Shown here piece after piece: positions 28,701 through 37,700 of a stretch of 64,000 nucleotides of DNA (the stretch's first letter is position 1; the number at the start of each line of letters is the position of its first letter). The notes beneath the pieces were generated by a model. The model searched no databases. It had not been told where the DNA came from and saw only the letters and a program-made list of their open reading frames with translations. The stretch is from Nageia nagi. Taxonomy: Eukaryota > Plantae > Pinophyta. The DNA lies in NCBI GenBank assembly GCA_050084985.1, contig JBITNC010000001.1, positions 96,224,001 through 96,288,000 on the forward strand, in the 5' to 3' direction. The translations under genes were made by a program, and so were the position numbers.

Positions 28701-31700
28701 CAAGTAACCCAACTCTCAGGGAAAGAAGGGATAGCCTATTGTATGTTACTTTCTACAAGAATAACTATATTTGCCTACCTTTCATATTTCCAGATTATAA
28801 TGAACAGATAAGGAACATTGTCAAGATCAGGTATGACCTTGGAGCAGGTAGCGAACAGTACAATATAGATAGAATATTCTCACCAAAACCCTTGTGGTGA
28901 CAAATGCCAAAGAAGTGATACGCACTTAACACTCTTGTAAAGATCCAAATAAAAACTCAAGTGCAAATGAGCAAAATCCATCAAACAAACCCTAACGTAT
29001 GATCTAGGGCATCCAGATACTGCATAAACAACACCTCAATGCCAACATCTGGCCCAAACTAGCAGATAGCAATATACAACAATACAAAATACCAACGTAT
29101 GGCTCATACAATCACACACATGCAAAGATAACTCAATGTTGCAAACATGAGCAAGTACACAATGTAAAATGGAGATCAAATGGCCCAATGGCTGTATAAT
29201 GATATGAAATGAATAGCAATACAATACCAAGCTCCTAGAGCTAGACATTGGCCTCCAAGAAGCCAACTAGGGCACAACAATGTTCTCCGTCCAGATGGGA
29301 CAATATTGCTCCCTCAGAACTCAAATCCTCTCCACCGAAGGAGCCCTCCTCTAATCCTGGAAACCACTGAAGGTAGAAGCGCAACTTCGGAATACCACCG
29401 GATGGGCAAGTGTGCTACACCAATGCCGTAGACAAACAGGATCCCTCAGCCTGCAAATCCTCCTAAATGTTGCACCTAGGGGTTTGCTTAGGGTTGCTAA
29501 GACTTCTTGTCCTCTAGACGATATCAAGTGTTATAATAATCAAGTATATCCAACTATGAGGCTCCAATGCCTTTTTATAAAACATCATTGGATCTGGATC
29601 TCACCTAGGAGTCAACACTCGGGTCCTCTAATCCAATGTTAGCCTCCTGGGGGCCTAGAATGTCCAACGTGGGGGCCTAGAATGTCCAACATGTGGGCCT
29701 AGGGGTCCGGCATGCCCAACGTGGGTATCCAGGAGCCATAAATGCCAACATGGGGGTCTAGAGTGCCACACATGCCTAAAGTGGATCTAGGGGTCATGCA
29801 TGGGGGCTGGGTGTCATCATGGGCCAACATGGGGGTCTAGGAGTCTCCCCAAGGCTGGTGCATGTGTACAAGTGCTCATCCATCCACTTAAGTGCTAAAT
29901 AGACCTTGGGATTCTCACAATCATGTATCAGGATCTCCAAGTACATTAAAACACTAATCTACACTTGGGAGTGAGACATCCCACTTGGGGCTCACAATGG
30001 GGTCCAATGACCCATTAAGTCTTCTATCCCAAGTACTAATAAAGCATGATTAAATAATTAATTATACAAAAGGGAGAATCCGTGGGATTCCATAATTAAT
30101 TACAATTATCCAAAGGGGACGTTACAACTCTCTAAGCATAGCATGTTCTCTTTTTGGAATGAAAGAAGATTATTTTGCTTTGTTCTCTTTCTTCATAGAT
30201 ATTTAATACTTTTTGTAAGGAGTTTCACTTTTTCTGCACTAAAAGATATACTTTTGCTGTAAAAGATTCTGGAGTCCTTTCGAAACTCCTACTTTTTTAT
30301 TAATACAATTTACCCATATTAATCAGAAAAAAACAGCCAAAGTTTTGTACGTACAATGACAGTTTAACAAAGACAATAAACAGTGCAATTATTAGCAAAT
30401 GTCTATGCAGAACGATACAATGGGCATATGCCTCAAAGGCAAGAAGATTGTTCAGACATGCAAGTGTAACTATATTACCCACCTACCTGATAGAGAGGAC
30501 TTCATCAAGTCTGAATAAGATTGTAAAGTCCAGTGACTGCAATCAGGTGAGGGCATGAGCAAAAGCAATCCATTATGTTAAGCTTCAGCTCTAACCCTTT
30601 CTACCAGGGTTCCATGGGAAGTGGGAACGCATTCCCCACTTGGAGGCGGTACTTGAGAACGCGTTCTCACATTTCCCCATCCCGATGCATTGTGGAATCT
30701 TGCTTTCTACCAATGGGGAGCAATCACTGTGCTATGTAGATTTTTTATTTCTTCTCTAAAAGTAACTATATCTTTTGTTTTTTGTATTCCATGCTAAAAT
30801 ATCAGTAAAATGTAGTTTTTACATTTTTCTTACCATTACAAGATTCTTCATAATATCATATTGTCGATTTCAGAAATATGCTACAATAATAGCATACACT
30901 CTAATGTTGACTAAGGACTGCAGCCAACAAAAAAACTCCACAAAGAAATCAAATCATATTGTTGTTTATTAATGCTGGGGAATTTCTCAATTAAACTGAA
31001 TTTGTATTTTTTTTGAAATACCATTTATTCTAAAACCCTAATCAAGCTAGTTTCTGGATTTTCAAAAAAAAACAAAATATCATATAGTTCATACTTCATA
31101 GTCAGGGTCAGATATTATGTACAAGCACTATCATTGCTTCATATGTAAGATGTTCATTAACAAATTAATGAGATATAATTGATAAAACTCTTGGTTAATT
31201 TATTTGGGCATTTTCAGATATATAAACGCATATTGTTGTTTATTAATGCTGGGGAATTTCTTGATTCAACTGAATTCGTATTTTTTTTTAAATACCATTT
31301 ATTCTAAAACCCTAAGCAAGCTAGTTTCTGGATTTTCGAAAAAACCAAAATATCATAATAGTTCATACTTCATAGTCAGGGGCAGATATTATGTACCAGT
31401 ACTATTGTTTCTAGATATGTAAGATGTTTGCTAACAAATTAATGAGAGATAATTGATAAAAACTCTTGGTTAATTTATTTGGGCATTTTCAGATATATAA
31501 AATTTCAACCTAGCTCGTATCTTGAAATATATCTAAGATTCCAAATAAATAAATATTAACAAGCTATGTGCTCTCCAGATAAACATTAAAAATGCATCCT
31601 ATATTTATAACACTATTTTTTGTAATGAAAAAAGAAAAATCTGATGAAATCTTCACCTGTTAAGCAAGTTAATCCCTTGTAGATGATAAAGTTCAATATA

Positions 31701-34700
31701 GAAGTAAATTCAACAGAAATAATTCAAAATAAAGTATTGCAAGAGAGAGTACAAAGGAAAACAAATGGACATAGATGAAAAAATGAGAAAAAATAAGTGT
31801 CTAAAGAATGGTTAAATCACCTTTGCATTCATCAAAGGTAACAGTCCAGCATTCCCAAATAAAGCATTCTATTTCTATGTCAACCCTCGTCAAATTCTCC
31901 CTGCCACAACAATTGATGACAACTGTGTTTAGAAATGAAGATTTCTCAAGAACAAGGAAGGAAAAGCCTCAGAAAACTTGTCTAAGGGATATACTATTAG
32001 TAGATTGATATTCAAAGCATCCACTGATCTTAAAGACCCATGCAAAGGCTATGAACATGCAGAGACTACGTTTTAAATTATTAATTAGGAGAGAAGAAGC
32101 TATAAACTGTCAACCAGTGATTCTGAAGTCAATTCGAGGGAAGATTGCTTTATTCAAGTGTCTCATACATTCTAAGAAAAGGTAAGGTTGGAGCCAATGT
32201 CCAAAAACATGAACATGGGATGTCAAACAAAAAGCTCTGAGGTCTTGGTCCCCAAAACAAGTTTCACAAACGTAAAGCCTCAAGAGCATTGTGTGCACTA
32301 TATGAAGTATCACAACTTTTTCTATAAAGATCTACTTACTTTATCAATTCATTTTACTAGAACTTAATAAGTTGTAATGATAAAAACCCAACTTTAAGTA
32401 TTTAACATAGATGCCTAAGCCATATAACATGTAATGCCCCTCCAAGTTACCATTCATATAACTTATTTGTGTTCATCACCTTTTCTGTATAAATATAGGG
32501 ATCTTAGCTTTTTGTTCATGACAGCATTACTCGAAACTCTCAATTCCTCTATAACTAATTCTTGAGAAACAACTTCTAGAGGGATGTTCAATGATTTTGT
32601 AAGACAGTTCCAATCTTATATGGAAAATCTGATTATCGTGTTTGTGGAGAAAGAACTAGCGAGTTCCTCTATAAACATGTAATTTTATTTTTCGAGTAGA
32701 AAGTTTGTATTGACCGAAACCTGTCAAATTATTACATTAAAACCCATGAAATTAATCACATACCAAATGGAATTTTTAAAGTAAAAAAAATAACACATAA
32801 TTATAACATTTAGTTATCTATTAGGTTCAGTTAAATTAGCATTTACTTGGTATAAATGCTAAAATATTACCCAATTGTACCAACGATCAACAAATCAAAA
32901 GTATGTAGGAATAAAGTTTACAAAATTATCAAGGACCGTGGACAGCGGATTGGGAAACACGTTCAGGGACAACAAGAGATGGCAAACCAATTTTTAGGGA
33001 CAACTAGAGGACAGCAAATAAAATATTCATAAAATTCACAGAAATTTTGAAATATATAAATTATAAATAACATAAATGATTAATATAAATTAAGTTTATA
33101 ATAAATTAATTTAAATTTACTTTAAATTAAATTTAAGATAAAAACTCAATTAGTTAATTTAATTTAAATAGATTAAAATTTAATTTATTTTAAATATAAG
33201 TTAATTTAAATTTACTTTAAATTGAGTTTAAAAATAAATAAATAAAATAATTTAAATTTACATAAATAATTAAATGAAAAAATAAATAAAGAAATTTAAA
33301 AACTTTATTTTTTTAAATGTCAAATTTAAATTGGGGGGCCATCTCAATCACAAGGAATGATTGGGGCAAGAGTCAAGGGATGCCTCAGTGTCTCCCTTCT
33401 ATCTTGGGGATGTTCAACCATCCTTTGAACATGCCATTTTAGGGCACACACCAGGGATGGCTCCCCAAAGGGCCGCCGCTCCCTCAAAATTGGAGATGAT
33501 GGGGAAACATCCTGATTATGTACACCCATACCGGGACACACAAGAAAAGGAATGTCCCTTCAAGGGGAGTAGACACATTCCATCTATCTTTGGTAGGAAT
33601 ATTACTTTGAATATTGGCTCCTCCTAAAATATAGTAGCAGCAATGTGTGACTATAATATCAAATTTTGGGACCGGAACTTAAAAGAAATCAAAATAAAAC
33701 AGTCTTGACTCGACCTGGAACTCTGATAGTCTTACCAAAATTCCTGCACTTTTTCAATGAACATTTGGCAAAACTCTAAGTTACCAATTTGGGTACGGGT
33801 TCAGATTCAGGTTCGTTGGTTTGATTTGCAAATTCAGCAAAAAAACATTTTGGATTTTGGGTACGTTCATACAAAAACCATGTAAAAATTAGAAATAATC
33901 ATAAATTTGCAGCCTAGAAGCATGAAATTATTATTAAGATTAGAGTATCACATAGCATCATATATGATATAAACAACAAAACGAACATAAACATGAATGT
34001 CATTTAGAACATGCATGAGAAATATTGTTCAAACTTCAAGTTCAATATTAAAATAGTAAAATATCAAGTTCAAGTTTCAACTGTTCAAATGAAACTTCTA
34101 AGAGTCTAAGATTGTAAATCAGTAATCTCATCATCATAATTGTCATTAGATGATGTAGGAATATTAGAACTACAACCAGTGCCACTGCCACTTGCACTAA
34201 CAACATGTTCATGTTCATCCAAGTCATCAAATGGTGATATATTCTGGGAATTGGCTGCATCCAAGTGAGCTTGTTCTGGCTTTATATCCCACAACTTTGT
34301 CTCCCCTTGCTTGTAGTCATTTTCTTTGTGTGAAAGGAGATGAAAGTTGGAATACACATATATTAAGTCCTCCGCTTTGTTTAAGTTCATTCTATTGCAC
34401 TTGACTGAGTGGATGAAAGAATATGTGCTCCAATTCCTCTCGGCAAAAGATGAACTAGCAACCTATGAAGACAAAATAAAAATGAAATTATGATACTTCA
34501 AAAAGACAAAATGTCAAAGACTCAAAAACTAAAACATAATGATTTATTAAGCTTACTTGTAATAGAATTTTGATTGCAAGGGGCTATAGGTGTTGGTAGC
34601 ATTGGCCATGGAAGTACCACCAACTATGAGCATCCTTTTTGAACTTATCACGAAGAGCCTCAATACTTTGAAAATTGAACTCACAAACTCGATGAACTCA

Positions 34701-37700
34701 TTTGTGACTACATCTCACAATTCAGGTTCAGGATATAGTCTCATAAATGCTGCCTTGTACCCTTTAGACACTTCATAATCTCTATATGGAGCAACCCTTC
34801 CTGCAAAGAAAGGTCATTGCCGTAGTATTTTGGAGATAATGCAAAGGCAAGAAGATGTAATGGAGTAGTCATTTTGTTCCATCTTTCTTCAACAATTGTT
34901 TGCACTTGTTTGAAGAAAGTTTCTTGGGGGTCTTACTCTTTTGCATTTATGGTGCACTTTATCTTCTCAAGCATTGAATAAATGCCATCATAAACCTCTC
35001 TAATGCAAGGCCTATCCATGTTCATATAGCGAATCATGCTCATAATGGGCTCGGTGAAACTAAAGAGATACTCCACACATCCCACCACGAGTCATCTAAT
35101 ATCATTTGCTTAATTTTTGTTGCCCCTTCAGTGCAACTTCGCCTCCATATAGACCAATTATTGTTGATCACCATGTTTCACAAGTCGTCTCAGGATGATT
35201 GTGTTAGAAAACAAAACAGGTCTCTGCAACCCATTACAAATTAAAAAAAATAATAATTAAAATTTAAAATTAAAATTAAAAATAAACTTTAAATTCCTCA
35301 AAAATAAAAATTAAAAACAAAATTAAATTTTAATATTTTATACTACTTTACTTACCTTCAATACTCCAATTTTGAAAATGATCTAAAAATTTCTTGAGAC
35401 ATGTGATGGTTGGTGATGAACATTTGAATGTCCTCAGCCTCTTCATACAACTTTCTGATCCAATCAATTTTATTCCCAATCTTTTTTAGCATAAGATTGA
35501 GTGAGAGGACCACACAAGGTGTCCAAAAGATATATGAATATCTTTCTTCAACCAATAACCCAGTAGCTCTACAATTCTTGCCGTTGTCCATTATGACTTA
35601 ACCAACGTTGCGGGGTCCCACTTGCTCAATGGCTGAGATGAGAATTTCAACAATAAATTGTCCATCTTTTACCTCCCCCTCACAATCCATAGCTTTCAAA
35701 AACATTGCCTCTTTAAGAGACACAACTATAACATTGATCAATGGCCAATTTTTTACATCTTTCCAACCATCTGAAATAATAGACACATCTGCCAAAAAGA
35801 AATATAATTTAGAAATTTTTTAAATAAATATATTTGTTTAGAAATCAAAACTAGAACTTTAGAAATATAGTTTAGAAATGGACACACCTGTCTCAACCCT
35901 AGAATCCTTTATGGGTGGAAGTGAATCTTCAACCATCCTCACCTCTTTCTCCAATAAGGTGTCACACACCTTCTCAAAACCCAAGCTTTTGTACCCTTTT
36001 GGAGCTTCATTAATTGTTGTCACCATCTCTTTCCAATATGGAGATCTAACAAGATTGAAAGCCAACCCATTTGCATAAATACATCTTGCTATTTTTCGGT
36101 CCGCAAAGTATCTACTCTCATTCTGAAATGTTTTATCCAAAGGTCTCTTTTGTCTTTTCTGTACATGTTGCTCACTTTGAATTTGAGGAGTGGCCATAAA
36201 TGGGTGGCTTTCTACCACAAAATCGGGAGGGGGAGGTGAAGGGGGAGGGCCCGGCATTCCCCTTGTTTTTGTTTTTAGCTAGAGGGTGATTTCCTCTATG
36301 GGATTCCTACTCATCTGCTTGTTCTTGCTCCCTAATATATCCTAGGACTATCTCTTGTGGAATAGGTACACCATTTTTTCCAGGGAAAGCTTTGATGCCC
36401 TTTCCAAGTATTCCACACAAATGGGCTTTCACCCAAAAATATGAGCTAGTATACTGAGAATCACATCCTCTGCATTTTCAAATGTAACACCCACCACTTG
36501 GAACCTATTGTATCATGTCAACATATTTCCAAAGAGGAGAATTTGGATCTATTTTGAACTTAGATTGACTTCCGGAGGTAGAACAAGCTAGAGTTGCCAT
36601 CGTGATTCCTATGGCAAGAAAAAAATAGCTCCTTTGAATATTTCATGCATTTATAAATGAATAGAAAAAACTAAAAGTAAAAACATAAATAAGCAAACTC
36701 AAACTTCAAGCTTGAAAAAAAAGGGAAGAAAAAAATTACCTCTTTGCAAAAAAATCCTTCTCTGATCTTCTTGGCAACCAATGAACACTTGCAAATGAGT
36801 AGGACTGGCAATACAATCCTTGTTGAAGCTCCCTTTGATCACTCTTCAACTCTGAAGACAATGCTCAACCTCTTGGAAAAAACTTTGTTGTTTGCATGAA
36901 AAATGAACATGAATGAATGAGTTTAAAGGGCTCAAGGCCTTTAACAGGTAACTTTTAGGATTTCCCATGTGCAATCAGTCAAAGTCAACAAGAAAAAACA
37001 ATAAAAAAATTGATCAGCTTCATAAAAAACTCCGCCAGACCCTTGGATTCACTGTCGATACTGCTTGATATGGCCGGGTTCGCTCGAGTATGGCTCGAGT
37101 ACGTCGGCACCATTTTTGTCTCCAAATTCGCGTATCCAAGCCGAATCCGATCGTGAACCATACCAGAATCCGTACCGGAAACAAACCGTACCCGTTTCCA
37201 TGCCTGTAACAAGCATATCCGGTAACATAGGCAAAACTTAGTACTTAGTTTCACATGACTTTATCCTTCAATTTATGTAGGAAGTGGGCTTGCTATAGAA
37301 ATCAAAGCATTTATTTTTTTCCTGAAATTTTGATATCATCTTTAAACTTGCCTATTTTTCTACATGACAAGTTGACTCTTGCTCTTTGGTTTACTAAGTC
37401 ATTCCTGAATACAAGTCATGTGACTGGCAGTTGTTGCAGTGAAGACAGTCATGCAACACGACCACTGTTCTGTTGTTCACCTTAAAAAGTTTCTCATGAG
37501 TATGAAAGAAGCACTACGCAGAGATTGTTGTGCCTATGTACTTTCTCTTCAAGTTTCATTCCCACTGAAAATATGTCTTATTAAAAAAAATCTGAAAACA
37601 AACAAATAACCATGCAGAGATGGGCTTAAGTAACCAATTAGGTGATACCAACAAGCTTGCTATACAAATAATAGCCTCATTAGAGTCTCAAAGATTTTTT

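Larger units (their letters stand above)
18540..30333 (+). mobile_element. Near full-length L1-clade LINE (degenerate) with ORF1, ORF2 and an extra ORF3; two nested solo LTRs
   Basis: ORF1, APE endonuclease, RT and zf-RVT motifs in order; A-rich tail at ~30327-30333. 5' boundary approximate. Confidence 0.9.

Noticed and set aside
30487-30536. Extra host exon (24 or 50 nt) with donor GTaggt
   Set aside because: The 50-nt form has an in-frame stop; the 24-nt form would break the WW-like motif that forms cleanly from exon E to F.
33000-33330. Extremely AT-rich tract as an origin or organellar insert
   Set aside because: It lies inside a TSD-flanked MITE-like element and shows no organellar gene remnants.
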